From Alphaproteobacteria bacterium (lineage in GTDB: Bacteria; Pseudomonadota; Alphaproteobacteria; DSM-16000; Inquilinaceae), in assembly GCA_028277405.1 (NCBI GenBank), contig JANQGH010000078.1, positions 31,557-95,556 of the forward strand: DNA of 64,000 nucleotides, given 5' to 3'. The position numbers and the translations under genes were made by a program. Positions 38,301 through 43,148 of the stretch are shown in pieces; the stretch's first letter is position 1; each line of letters begins with the position of its first letter. The notes under the pieces are model-generated. The model saw only the letters and a list, made by a program, of their open reading frames with translations. It was not told the origin of the DNA and searched no databases.

Positions 38301-38480
38301 GTTTCGGTAGGCATCGCCGGAAAGGCCACCGTCATTGTCCTGAACAGTGACAGCCGCACTGGCACTAACCGGCATCACAAATGCGTCGCCAACATTCAGC
38401 CAGTCATCGTCTGCGGCTAGGAGTTCAGAACCGATAAAGGCGGTGAACTCGTAAGTACGAAGATGCGAGTTGTTCGGCAT
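26373..38480 (-). CDS. Giant (4035 aa) mosaic RTX / cadherin / FG-GAP repeat surface protein, probable type I secretion substrate (adhesin-like)
   Basis: A single uninterrupted 12,108-nt ORF with no N-terminal signal peptide. It has GGxGxD nonapeptide blocks, an acidic composition and a C-terminus ...LHDDDFLLV. The domain layout is detailed in the sub-features below. Confidence 0.9.
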   Translation of the reverse strand: MPNNSHLRTYEFTAFIGSELLAADDDWLNVGDAFVMPVSASAAVTVQDNDGGLSGDAYRNEIGNDRTGQRADIVLDGETVHEGVRIYAERYLVLEDQDGNRFYLIDVEVSGVSETDRDDFFAFLGDVPPPGAQLTVVDTGNVVGNWVRYRELSAGLVWQPDADGTFTIEAEDMALRNYREDDVDAASGGQVIRLRRDEGEASFVFGAEDGFYDFRLAYIDENDGEGAIEIYLNGVLIETIDLTQNNNGNGGDGSTISTHVIDGLSLKQGDEITLKGTRDAWEFARIDAVTFTQVPSPNAPVITSDGGGETASIAVAENTGSVTTVMAEDADGETPVFRIVGGADAALFSIDADTGGLTFNTAPDFETPADADADNLYEVTVEASDGFNIDTQTITVTVGDENDNAPIISSSDSATVGENTQTVLQVIATDADTVGGPLEFSITGNGADDALFTIDNDGNLSFVNAPDFETPGDADADNVYEVEVQVTDGVTPTTQTIAVTVTNVNEAPVAASDADSTAENTILTVDVLANDTDVDAGDGPATFSLDSIDGVSVAGIAAGALTTGSVTIDGNQVRFDPGTDFDELDVGDTAMVTIDYTMSDDSGAPSSSTLTVEVTGENDAPILIASLPDPSVAEESGGFELDTGPAFADADASDTLTFSATLLNGDPLPTWMQFDSVTGRLSGAPLDGDNGTYTVVVTATDTSGQFVSDELNVVVEDALIGSAVDGYIAGATVFADANMNGVLDGGEAFTTTNADGDFSLVGGAGPLVLFGGVDVSTGLAFKGQLRAPEGSTVLTPLTTLMAALIDSGAALDASAAQAILEQSLDLPSGVDLSTFDPVEAAAAGDPVGAQILATQVQVQNTVVQVAALVEGAGQGAVDEDTAIDVAFDSLAADLAGAGGPLPLDDPQTVETLITDAAVDAGIGAAAVANTAEDASTVIAASNEKISELETSSPDNALLTEIAKVAIVAQGDAADALADAGENDDASNAEQQFTGSALNGAISAAASQVGDVDGGSSGTANRDTLVGGDGTDLIEGLGGNDVIDAGGGADTIVYTVGDGADVIDGGLGDDTLVINGDGSGNVIVIDNVDNDGDFASRVDGVASSVTGIEDIEIATGDGADSVTIGANLETAGVSQNTVTTNLGDGDDVFDASASSITQVVNGGAGNDSILSGSADDVIDGGADNDTLDGGAGNDLFLYVDGSGNDTIENFQAGVGTDDVLEIGAFGFVDLAGVLAAATELGSDVVIALDADDSVTLLNVQLADLHEDDFQFDGANDAPEITIEAGDSASVALDETDAGLTASGTLTVADPDLNDSVDAVVLSVTAGGTAPSAGRPDDAMLLAMLNLGPNPVIDGTATTGTIAWDFDSGAEAFDYLGFGQTLVLDYTLQVSDGAETDIQTVTVTITGSFSLADLDGTNGFRIDGIDGGDVAGGSVSTAGDVNGDGFDDIFIGAYRGSPGGEAYAGESYVVFGAAGGFSATLDLATLDGTNGFRLDGIDAGDFSGRRVSTAGDVNGDGFSDLIIGAVEADPNGEDGAGESYVVFGAAGGFAPAFDLATLDGSNGFRLDGVDTDDISGFSVSSAGDMNGDGFDDIIVGARRADPDGFNIAGESYVVFGAAGGFPAVIDLGGLNGNDGFRIAGLDAGDSFGYSVSGAGDVNGDGFADLVIGASGIDPDGNNAAGGAYVLFGGADAFGSSFDLSTLDGSNGFRLDGVDADDNAGVSVSSAGDVNGDGFDDLIVGAREADPGGEAGAGESYVVFGAAGGFAPTFDLSALDGTNGFRLDGIDADDTSGFAVSGAGDFNGDGFDDLIIGAFGGDPNGNADAGETYVVFGAAGGFSAALDLSALDGTNGFRIDGIDPADYSGPSVNAAGDVNGDGFDDLIIGAPLANAAAGESYVIFGGDVTGAVTYLGNDANDTLTGTAAAESFVGGRGNDLMIGGGGLDVFRGGAGDDIAVIGPDGALVVDLGSGIDTVNIDALGPSPFVSGALFVDVEKIDLSGSTANTLALSKLDLLNLSSTSNTVLIKGDAADSILLKGFWGQGADVINPMGETGTYQAFSLGQATVLVEGELTVTVGFPSVISLADLTGANGFRLDGIDDTDVFGQAVSSAGDFNGDGFDDIIVSAARGDPDGNEDAGESYIVFGTADGFPAVFDPSSLDGSNGFRLDGIGPGNLSGIAVSGAGDVNGDGFGDVIIGAAYGEAGGNGASGESYVVFGAAGGFAPAFDLSTLDGSNGFRLDGIDDGDFAGINVSGAGDVNGDGLDDVIISAFRGDPGGNQDAGESYVVFGAAEGFAAALDLGALNGSNGFRIDGIDAGDALGASISNAGDINGDGFDDLIVGAIAANGGDGASYVVFGAAGGFGGALDLSTLNGDNGFRIDALDGGDALGASVSGAGDVNGDGIDDLIVGAANADPGGKAEAGETYVVFGGTGFSATLDLEALDGSNGFRLDGIDAGDGAGISVSDAGDFNGDGVDDLIIGAARSNPGGSEFAGESYVVFGTLGGFAPVLDLSTLDGTNGFRLEGVDAFEASGISVNGAGDINGDGFDDLIIGTLQAGPGAGESYVILGGDVNGAVAFLGGDADDTLTGTVAAESFVGGLGNDLMVGGGGLDAFRGGAGDDIAVIGADGAIAVDLGSGIDTVNVDALGPAPSFSGTLFVDVEKVDLGGSTANTLTLGKLDVLGLSSTSNTVLIKGDASDAVVLDGLWTQGADIVDPLGETGTYTAFSLGQATVLVESEVAATVAFPTVISLADLDGNNGFRLDGIDGSDISGRSVSSAGDVNGDGFDDIIIGAVLADPNSNSEAGESYVVFGAAGGFPAAVDLSTLDGTNGFRLDGIDVSDRSGVSVSSAGDVNGDGFGDLIIGAVYGDPGGSDRAGETYVVFGAAGGFAPVLDLSTLDGTNGVRFDGIDDNDVSGYSVSGVGDFNGDGFDDVIIGAARADPAGNAEAGESYVIFGGPNAFPSDFSLGSLNGTVGFRIGGVDPGDYSGVSVSDAGDVNGDGFDDLIIGARQADLGGDANAGKSYVVFGAAGGFGSFLDLSTLDGSNGFRLDGINAGDLSGNSVSNAGDVNGDGFDDLIIGAAGGDPGGNDAAGESYVVFGAGSGFAPALDLSTLDGSNGFRIDGIANGDNAGHSVSGAGDFNGDGFDDLIIGAFGGDPGGVEGAGESYVVFGAAGGFGAALDLSALDGTNGIRLDGIDLVDAAGFSVSSAGDIDGDGFDDLIIGAPGGDPGSAVDAGESYVIFGRDVTGTVAFLGGDANDTLIGTVAAESFVGGLGDDLMIGGGGLDAFRGGAGDDVAVIGPDGALAVDLGSGIDTVNVDALGPSPSLSDNRLVDVEKIDLGGSTANTIVLDRLDVLGLSSTSNTILIKGDAADTVLLEGLWGEGAAVIDPLGETGTYRAFSLGQATVLVESELTATIDFPAVISLADLTGSNGFRLDGIDNNDRSGFSVSGAGDINGDGFDDVIVGAFAASPGGNNEAGESYVVFGAAAGFPDAIDLSTLDGTNGFRLQGIDVSDRSGVSVSDAGDVNGDGFDDLIIGAVYAAPGGDALAGESYVVFGAAGGFAPALDLASLDGTNGFRLDGIDSVDASGYSVSGAGDINGDGFDDVIVGAAGSNGFTGESYVVFGAAGGFAPALDLASLNGSNGFRLDGIDADDYSGVSVSSAGDVNGDGFDDLIIGARQADPGGNGEAGESYVVFGAAGGFAASFDLSTLDGTNGFRLDGIDASDRSGVSVSDAGDVNGDGFDDIIIGAYKASPGGEAYVVFGAAGGFAANIDLSTLDGTNGFRLDGIDPVDDAGWSVSGAGDFNGDGFDDVIIGAVRGDPNGNETAGESYVVFGAAGGFDPAIDLATLDGTNGFRLDGIDIGDRVGRSVSGAGDVNGDGFDDLIVSAFLADKGSIGNAGESYVIFGNNATGAVDVVGTANADILVGTANADIIVAAQGDDTITGDAGDDRMTGAVGDDLFIFADGSGNDTVVDFQAGAGSDDVLDIAAFGFADGADVLTAASQVGDDVVIALDADDSVTLLGVNLAELHDDDFLLV
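26376..26618 (-). other. C-terminal module of the giant protein (putative T1SS secretion/folding domain)
   Basis: GDDLFIFADGSGNDTVVDFQAGAGSDDVLDIAAFGFADGADVLTAASQVGDDVVIALDADDSVTLLGVNLAELHDDDFLLV. Position and composition fit an RTX-protein C-terminal region. Confidence 0.6.
26619..26768 (-). repeat. Terminal RTX nonapeptide block
   Basis: GTANADILVGTANADIIVAAQGDDTITGDAGDDRMTGAV contains GGxGxD-like calcium-binding repeats. Confidence 0.75.
26769..28226 (-). repeat. FG-GAP array 4: seven blades (predicted beta-propeller)
   Basis: Seven units of about 62-70 aa, each with ...NGFRLDGID..D..G.SVS.AGD(V/I/F)NGDGFDD(L/V/I)I(I/V)(G/S)A...GESYVVFGAAGGF...DLS.LDG. Confidence 0.85.
28227..28766 (-). 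repeat. Inter-propeller linker module 3 (RTX nonapeptides plus conserved beta-rich domain)
   Basis: GRDVTGTVAFLGGDANDTLIGTVAAESFVGGLGDDLMIGGGGLDAFRGGAGDD...VDVEKIDLGGSTANTIVLDRLDVLGLSSTSNTILIKGDAADTVLLEGLW...YRAFSLGQATVLVESELTATIDFPAV. Confidence 0.8.
28767..30251 (-). repeat. FG-GAP array 3: seven blades
   Basis: Seven GD(V/F/I)(N/D)GDGF(D/G)D loops were counted, with the same blade consensus as array 4. Confidence 0.85.
30252..30791 (-). repeat. Inter-propeller linker module 2
   Basis: GGDVNGAVAFLGGDADDTLTGTVAAESFVGGLGNDLMVGGGGLDAFRGGAGDD...VDVEKVDLGGSTANTLTLGKLDVLGLSSTSNTVLIKGDASDAVVLDGLW...YTAFSLGQATVLVESEVAATVAFPTV. Confidence 0.8.
30792..32249 (-). repeat. FG-GAP array 2: seven blades
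   Basis: Seven GD(F/V/I)NGDG(F/L/I/V)(D/G)D loops were counted. Confidence 0.85.
32250..32790 (-). repeat. Inter-propeller linker module 1
   Basis: GGDVTGAVTYLGNDANDTLTGTAAAESFVGGRGNDLMIGGGGLDVFRGGAGDD...VDVEKIDLSGSTANTLALSKLDLLNLSSTSNTVLIKGDAADSILLKGFW...YQAFSLGQATVLVEGELTVTVGFPSV. Confidence 0.8.
32791..34268 (-). repeat. FG-GAP array 1: seven blades
   Basis: Seven GD(V/M/F)NGDGF(D/S/A)D loops were counted. The array starts at ...ITGSFSLADLDGTNGFRIDG. Confidence 0.85.
34269..34670 (-). other. VCBS/Ig-like beta domain between the internal C-terminal-like module and propeller 1
   Basis: DGANDAPEITIEAGDSASVALDETDAGLTASGTLTVADPDLNDSVD...IAWDFDSGAEAFDYLGFGQTLVLDYTLQVSDGAETDIQTVTVTITG has a pattern typical of VCBS-type repeats in large RTX adhesins. 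Confidence 0.55.
34671..34910 (-). repeat. Internal copy of the C-terminal module (aa 1191-1270)
   Basis: GNDLFLYVDGSGNDTIENFQAGVGTDDVLEIGAFGFVDLAGVLAAATELGSDVVIALDADDSVTLLNVQLADLHEDDFQF aligns without gaps to the true C-terminus. My hand alignment gives 51 identities in 73 positions. Confidence 0.85.
34911..35435 (-). repeat. Internal RTX nonapeptide block (aa ~1016-1190)
   Basis: GTANRDTLVGGDGTDLIEGLGGNDVIDAGGGADTIVYTVGDGADVIDGGLGDDTLVINGDGSGN...NGGAGNDSILSGSADDVIDGGADNDTLDGGA. Confidence 0.8.
35436..36332 (-). other. Ala/Asp/Val-rich non-repetitive stalk region (aa ~717-1015)
   Basis: It starts DALIGSAVDGYIAGATVFADANMNGVLDGGEAFTTTNADGDFSL.... A long Ala-rich, probably helical stretch follows (...AAQAILEQSLDLPSG...AALVEGAGQGAVDEDTAIDVAFDSLAADLAGAG...). 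No family was recognised. Confidence 0.4.
36333..36629 (-). other. Dystroglycan-type cadherin-like (Cadg / He_PIG-like) Ig domain
   Basis: ...FADADASDTLTFSATLLNGDPLPTWMQFDSVTGRLSGAPLDGDNGTYTVVVTATD... matches the characteristic LP.W..FD..TG.LSGTP...D.G.Y...V.A.D pattern. Confidence 0.7.
36630..36965 (-). other. VCBS/bacterial cadherin-like domain
   Basis: NEAPVAASDADSTAENTILTVDVLANDTDVDAGDGPATFSLDSIDG...VRFDPGTDFDELDVGDTAMVTIDYTMSDDSGAPSSSTLTVEVTGEND. Confidence 0.6.
36966..37586 (-). repeat. Two tandem cadherin-like repeats
   Basis: Each unit of about 105 aa follows ...AENT..V..V.A.DAD....F.I.G.GADDALF.ID...G.L.F...PDFE.P.DADADN.YEV.V...DG....TQTI.VTV.(D/N)(E/V)N(D/E)(N)AP. Confidence 0.75.
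37605..37994 (-). other. CBM6/CBM35-like (galactose-binding-like) putative lectin domain
   Basis: FTIEAEDMALRNYREDDVDAASGGQVIRL...EASFVFGAEDGFYDFRLAYIDENDGEGAIEIYLNGVLIETIDL...LKQGDEITLKGTRDAWEFARIDAVTF matches the IEAED...ASGG...G.Y.....Y......I.....G........G.........L..G...I.........D.I.F pattern of CBM6-type modules. Confidence 0.5.
37995..38480 (-). other. N-terminal ~160 aa of the giant protein, no recognisable family
   Basis: MPNNSHLRTYEFTAFIGSELLAADDDWLNVGDAFVMPVSASAAVTVQDNDGGLSGDAYRNEIGNDRTGQRADIVLDGETVHEGVRIYAERYLVLEDQDGNRFYLIDVEVSG... has no signal peptide or TM segment. Confidence 0.4.
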
Positions 38481-38837
38481 GAGTCAGCACCCAGATTCTT
38501 GACGATCCGTCACAGTGCCGTTCAGCGCTGAAGGTCCGGGCAAGCCGGCTTCTGCAACTATTTGCTAGTTTGCGTGTTATTTTTCACTGTGCGAGTCTTC
38601 TACCACATATTGTAACCCAAGCTGAGAAACTCATGAAGTAGAAATCGGCGCTCGTGGAAAACTGGTTGTGTTTGGCGGCGGTTTTATGCCGAGAAATCTC
38701 TCACCGTGGTTTGAGCTCGGCGTCGCACAGTGATCCTCCGTTTGCTGCCCTGACCGCGCTTCGCTGAAATCGCCCGACTTCAGATGCCATGAGGAGAGAC
38801 CCTGCAGACCGTTGATCGGGGGTCTTGAAGACGAGGC
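38481..38837 (-). promoter_or_regulatory. 357-bp comparatively AT-rich upstream region of the giant gene (promoter and long leader expected here)
   Basis: This is the only sizeable non-coding stretch upstream. A TACAAT hexamer lies on the minus strand at 38609-38614, and an AT-rich block at about 38560-38590. No convincing -35 element or strong SD (only GGGTG) was seen. Confidence 0.35.
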
Positions 38838-39617
38838 TCAGCCAAGGCTCAGAGAAACCTCGCCCAGGCCAGTCATGGTCACGACGATCTCCCCAGGGTC
38901 ACCATGATACCAGATCGGACAGTGCGTGCCGCAAAGGACGATTTGGCCGGCCTGAAGACGCAGCCCGCGTTTCGTCAAGTGACGCGCAAGCCAGATGACG
39001 GCGTCTATCGGATCCTGCGGTGCCGCGCCCGTTACCTGCAACTCCACCTTTCCGTTGACGCTGACCTCAGTGCGCAGACTTGCCGGATTCAGGTCCTGCG
39101 GCGCCATGCCCGGTCCCCCGATCACGGCACCCTCGTTGGAGATGTTCTGTGCGACGACATCTGCGATATCGATCGAGGGCATATCGATGTCGCGCATATC
39201 CAGAAGTTCGATCGCCGGAACAAAGCGATCGATCGCGGCGATCACGTCCTGCCGGTCGGCAGGCCCGTCGGAGACCTCAAGGTCGGTCTTCATGATCGCG
39301 GCGATCTCCGGCTCGAACGCGAACTGCCTGAACGTGGCTGCCGTGAGCCGCGCGGGACTTTGCCGGGTCTGGCTTTTGAATACGCGTCCGCTGAGAGGCT
39401 CTTCCAACGCGAACTTCTCCAGAAGATGCGGCGCGTTCGCGGCGATCTTCCAGCCGGCAACCGCCTGCCGATCAGCACATGCGGTAAGCTGTTCCGCCAA
39501 CGCGTCCTGAAGGCGATACGCCTCGTCAAGCGTACGCGCGGGATCGGTGGCATACGGGGCGAACGCGGCATGTGCCATCACATCCGCCATAATCTTCTGC
39601 ACTATAGCGTCGGTCAT
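38838..39617 (-). CDS. 2-keto-4-pentenoate hydratase / 2-oxohept-3-enedioate hydratase-family (FAH-fold) enzyme
   Basis: MhpD/HpcG-like pattern: ...AYRLQDAL...GWKIA...FEPEIAAIM...VPAIELLD...VAQNISNEGAVIGGP...PIDAVIWLARHL...GLRLQAGQIVLCGT.... The ATG at 39617 overlaps the upstream stop (ATGA); the tracked start at 39647 is 10 codons longer. Confidence 0.8.
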   Translation of the reverse strand: MTDAIVQKIMADVMAHAAFAPYATDPARTLDEAYRLQDALAEQLTACADRQAVAGWKIAANAPHLLEKFALEEPLSGRVFKSQTRQSPARLTAATFRQFAFEPEIAAIMKTDLEVSDGPADRQDVIAAIDRFVPAIELLDMRDIDMPSIDIADVVAQNISNEGAVIGGPGMAPQDLNPASLRTEVSVNGKVELQVTGAAPQDPIDAVIWLARHLTKRGLRLQAGQIVLCGTHCPIWYHGDPGEIVVTMTGLGEVSLSLG

Positions 39618-40393
39618 CGAAGCAACTTTCTGAAGCGCGGCATCCAATCGAGACCCGCTGGCGTTTCGGTTTTGGGGTTGTATTCGGCAGAGACCTCGCC
39701 GTCGTAGCCGGTGGCCCGCAAGGCGTCGAGCGCGGCGGCGAAATCAATGTCTCCAGTGCCCGGTTCGTGCCGGCCGGGCGCATCGGCGAACTGAACATGG
39801 CCGATGCGCGGACCCGCCTCGGCGATTGCCGCGCAGAGATCCGGTTCGGTGATGGCCATGTGATAGAGGTCGAACTGAAGGAAGAGGTTGGGATGACCGA
39901 TGTCGGACAACACGCCCAACCCCGCCGCCAGGCCGGAGATGAAAAAGCCCGGCACATCGCCTCGGTTTACCGGCTCGACCATAACGCGCACGCCAATCTC
40001 CTGCATCACGTCGGCGGCATGGATCAGGTTCTGCCGCAAAACCCGGGCGCAGTCCGCCGGATCGGCATCGGCCGGGGGGCGCCCGGCAAGCACATTGACC
40101 TTCCTCACCCCCAGTACTTCCACGTTGCGCGCGCAATCGGCGACGGCGGCGCGGTAGGCCTGTTCCTGACCGGGCAGCGACGCGAGCCCGACCGCATCGC
40201 CGGGTCCGCGCGGCACGTTGATCAACGCAATCGGCATTGCGGTCCTGCGGGACTCCGCGGCGAGCGCGGCGATGTCACCCGGGTCGGGAAACTGAATTTC
40301 CACACCGTCAAACCCCGCCGCCCGCGCCGCCGCCAGGCGGTCGACGACCGGGACCTCGGTAAACATCATCGAGATGTTTGAAATCAGCCGCAT
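39614..40393 (-). CDS. Hydroxypyruvate isomerase / 2-oxo-tetronate isomerase-family (xylose-isomerase-like TIM barrel)
   Basis: The ATG at 40393 gives MRLISNISMMFTEVPVVDRLAAARAAGFDGVEIQFP..., the Hyi-family N-terminus. Also present: ...LQFDLYHMAI... and ...IGHVQFADAPGRHEPGTG.... Confidence 0.85.
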   Translation of the reverse strand: MRLISNISMMFTEVPVVDRLAAARAAGFDGVEIQFPDPGDIAALAAESRRTAMPIALINVPRGPGDAVGLASLPGQEQAYRAAVADCARNVEVLGVRKVNVLAGRPPADADPADCARVLRQNLIHAADVMQEIGVRVMVEPVNRGDVPGFFISGLAAGLGVLSDIGHPNLFLQFDLYHMAITEPDLCAAIAEAGPRIGHVQFADAPGRHEPGTGDIDFAAALDALRATGYDGEVSAEYNPKTETPAGLDWMPRFRKLLR

Positions 40394-40491
40394 CGGCCTC
40401 GCTTCAGATTTTGTGTTGACATGACAGAGCGTGTCGACCCCAAACTTCAACAGCCAACATTCTATGATGAAACTATCTTTGCGGAAACCAA

Positions 40492-42204
40492 ATGCCTGCT
40501 GACCCTGCCAAATCCCTTCGTTCGAGGATTACGACCGACGGGATCGACAGGACGCCGCATCGGGCCTTCATGCGGGCGATGGGTCTGGATGATGCGGCGA
40601 TTGCCAGGCCGATGGTCGGGGTCGTCAGCCAAAAGAGTGAAACCACCCCGTGCAACATGACCCACTATGCGCAGGTGGAGTTCGCAAAGACCGGCGTTGA
40701 GATGGCGGGCGGCACGCCGCGGGAGTTCACGACGATCTCCGTGTCCGATGGCATCGGGATGAACCACGAAGGCATGAAGTTCTCCCTGGTCAGCAGGGAG
40801 CTCATAGCCGACAGCATCGAGGCGGTGGTTCACGGCCATGCCTATGACGGGATCATCGGCTATGGCGGCTGCGACAAGACTTTGCCGGGCGTCATCATGG
40901 GCATGGTGCGGTGTAACGTGCCATCCGTGTTCGTTTATGGCGGCTCGGCCCTGCCCGGGCGCCACAACGGGGCGGATGTGTCCGTCTTGGACGCCTATGA
41001 AGCGGTCGGCGCGGTGCAGACCGGCATGATGACGGAGGATGAGCTCACCCAGCTTGAGGAGGCCTGCAAGCCGACGATCGGCGCCTGCGCCGGCCAGTTC
41101 ACGGCCAATACGATGGCGATGGTCTCCGAGGCGCTCGGCCTCACGGTGCCGAACTCCGCCATGATCCCGGGCGTCTATTCCGAACGACGGGGTGTGGGCC
41201 ACCGCGCCGGCGCGCTGGTGATGGAGATCATCGAACGCGGCGGCCCCCTGCCCCGCGACATCGTCACGCGAAAGGCGCTTGAGAACGCCTGCGCCATCGT
41301 CGCCGCCACGGGCGGATCAACCAACACCGCGTTGCACATCCCGGCGATCGCCCATGAGGCGGGGATCACGTTCACCGCTGATGATGTGGCCGATGTGTTG
41401 CGTCGCACGCCCTTCATCGGCAATTTGCGGCCCGGCGGGCAGTATCATGCCAAGGATGTCTATGAGATCGGCGGGGCGCATGTCGTGATCAAAGAGCTGA
41501 TCGCCCATGGGTTCCTGCATGGCGACACGCTGACGGTTACCGGTCGCACGTTGGCTGAGGAAGTGGCGGACGCGCCCGCGCCTGACGGTGAGGTGATCCG
41601 CCCCGTGACGGACGCAATCGCGGCCTCGGGCGGTGTCGTGGTCTTGAAAGGCAATCTCTGCCCCGATGGCGCGTTGTTGAAGGTGGCCGGGCTGAAATCG
41701 AAAGTGTTTTCCGGCACCGCGCGGGTGTTTGAAAGCGAGGACGACGCCGTCGAGGCGGTCCATAGCGGCGACTATTCCGAAGGTCAGGTTCTGATCGTGC
41801 GCAATGAGGGCCCTGTCGGCGGGCCCGGCATGCGCGAGATGCTGGGCCTGACCGCGCTGATCTATGGCCAAGGCATGGGCGAGAAAGTCGCCCTTTTGAC
41901 CGATGGCCGGTTTTCCGGCGCCACGCGCGGCATGTGCATTGGCCACGCGGCACCCGAAGCCGCGGTGGGCGGGCCCTTGGGGCTGGTCCGCTCCGGCGAC
42001 CGGATCACCATCGACGGCGCAGGGGCAACGATCACGCTTGACGTGTCCGATGCGGAGTTGGAGAGAAGGCGCGCGGCATGGGCGCCGCCCGAAAACCGCC
42101 ATCGCGCCGGTCTTTTACAGAAATACGCCGCAACCGTGGGGCAGGCCGATAAGGGGGCCGTGACCCATGCGGGCAATGCGCAATGGCCGGCGCCGCGCCG
42201 CTGA
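40492..42204 (+). CDS. IlvD/Edd-family dehydratase (dihydroxy-acid or sugar-acid dehydratase)
   Basis: 570 aa with ...[12 protein letters not shown]..., ...PCNMTH..., ...[30 protein letters not shown]... and ...[11 protein letters not shown].... Genomic context suggests a sugar-acid substrate rather than branched-chain amino acid synthesis. Confidence 0.85.
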   Translation: MPADPAKSLRSRITTDGIDRTPHRAFMRAMGLDDAAIARPMVGVVSQKSETTPCNMTHYAQVEFAKTGVEMAGGTPREFTTISVSDGIGMNHEGMKFSLVSRELIADSIEAVVHGHAYDGIIGYGGCDKTLPGVIMGMVRCNVPSVFVYGGSALPGRHNGADVSVLDAYEAVGAVQTGMMTEDELTQLEEACKPTIGACAGQFTANTMAMVSEALGLTVPNSAMIPGVYSERRGVGHRAGALVMEIIERGGPLPRDIVTRKALENACAIVAATGGSTNTALHIPAIAHEAGITFTADDVADVLRRTPFIGNLRPGGQYHAKDVYEIGGAHVVIKELIAHGFLHGDTLTVTGRTLAEEVADAPAPDGEVIRPVTDAIAASGGVVVLKGNLCPDGALLKVAGLKSKVFSGTARVFESEDDAVEAVHSGDYSEGQVLIVRNEGPVGGPGMREMLGLTALIYGQGMGEKVALLTDGRFSGATRGMCIGHAAPEAAVGGPLGLVRSGDRITIDGAGATITLDVSDAELERRRAAWAPPENRHRAGLLQKYAATVGQADKGAVTHAGNAQWPAPRR

Positions 42205-42218
42205 AGGGTGAAAAGGCC

Positions 42219-43106
42219 ATGAGCGAGAAACGCACACTTGGATTTGTCGGCACCGGCCTGATGGGCGCCCCGATGACCGCACGCCTTCTGGCGGCGGGCA
42301 ACCGGGTTGTGGTCTGGAACCGCACCAGGGCGAAGGCGGAACCGCTTGTCGCCAAAGGCGCGGTGCTGGTCGAGAGTGCGGCCGATGTGGCCCGTCAGGC
42401 AGACATCGTCTTCATGTGCCTCACCGACACCAACGCGGTCGAAGAGGCGGTATTCGGCGCGGACGGGATCGCCGCCGGGGCCAGCGAGGGCGCCATTCTG
42501 GTCGACTTCTCCTCCATCCAGCCTGAGGCGACACGGGCCTTTGCCAAGCGGCTTGAAGCGGAAACCGGAATGCGCTGGCTCGACGCGCCGGTCTCGGGCG
42601 GGGTGCCGGGTGCCGAGGCGGGCACGCTGGCGATCATGGCGGGCGGCACGCAGGATGTATTCGAGGCCGTGAAGCCCTTTGTCCTGCAGATGGCGGCGCA
42701 GTTCACGCTGATGGGGCCGACCGGTGCCGGGCAGACGACCAAACTTTGCAATCAGGTGATCGTCGGATGCACGATGGCGGTTCTGGCGGAAGCCGCCCGC
42801 CTTGCGACAAATGCCGGTGTGGACGCCACGCGCCTTCCCGAAGCGCTGGCCGGCGGCTTTGCCGACAGCAAACCCTTGCAGTTATTTGTGCCCCGGATGG
42901 TGAACGGACAACACGAGCCGCCGCTCGGCCATGTCTATACGATGCTGAAAGATCTGGATTCCGTCGGTGAACTGGCGCGGGCGAGCGCGTCGCCGGTGCC
43001 GTTCACCGCGATGGCCGCGGAACAGTTCCGCTTGCTGAGCGTGCGCGGCGGCAACGACGCCGACGCGCTGGAGATCTTCAAGCTGAGCGGAGCCAGCAAG
43101 CTCTGA
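42219..43106 (+). CDS. 3-hydroxyisobutyrate / tartronate-semialdehyde / L-threonate dehydrogenase-family NAD(P) oxidoreductase
   Basis: The ATG at 42219 gives the Rossmann motif LGFVGTGLMGAPM. Also present: ...DAPVSGGVPGAEAGTLAIMAGG... and ...GAGQTTKLCNQ.... Confidence 0.85.
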   Translation: MSEKRTLGFVGTGLMGAPMTARLLAAGNRVVVWNRTRAKAEPLVAKGAVLVESAADVARQADIVFMCLTDTNAVEEAVFGADGIAAGASEGAILVDFSSIQPEATRAFAKRLEAETGMRWLDAPVSGGVPGAEAGTLAIMAGGTQDVFEAVKPFVLQMAAQFTLMGPTGAGQTTKLCNQVIVGCTMAVLAEAARLATNAGVDATRLPEALAGGFADSKPLQLFVPRMVNGQHEPPLGHVYTMLKDLDSVGELARASASPVPFTAMAAEQFRLLSVRGGNDADALEIFKLSGASKL

Positions 43107-43148
43107 CGGGAAAAGAAGCGACCACAGAACATCCACTTCAACAGGGAG

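Noticed and set aside
38349-38360. Possible LapG-type dialanine processing site (SAAV, aa 41-44) in the giant protein's N-terminus
   Set aside because: The context does not match the (T/A/P)AA(G/V) site inside a recognisable LapA-type retention module. It lies much closer to the N-terminus than in LapA-like proteins, and no LapG/LapD genes are in the window. It may still be worth checking, but it is not supported.
40394-40491. TTGACA hexamer (40416-40421) as a -35 element in the divergent Hyi / IlvD-like promoter region
   Set aside because: No acceptable -10 element lies at 16-18 bp spacing on either strand, so a single hexamer match is not enough to call a promoter.
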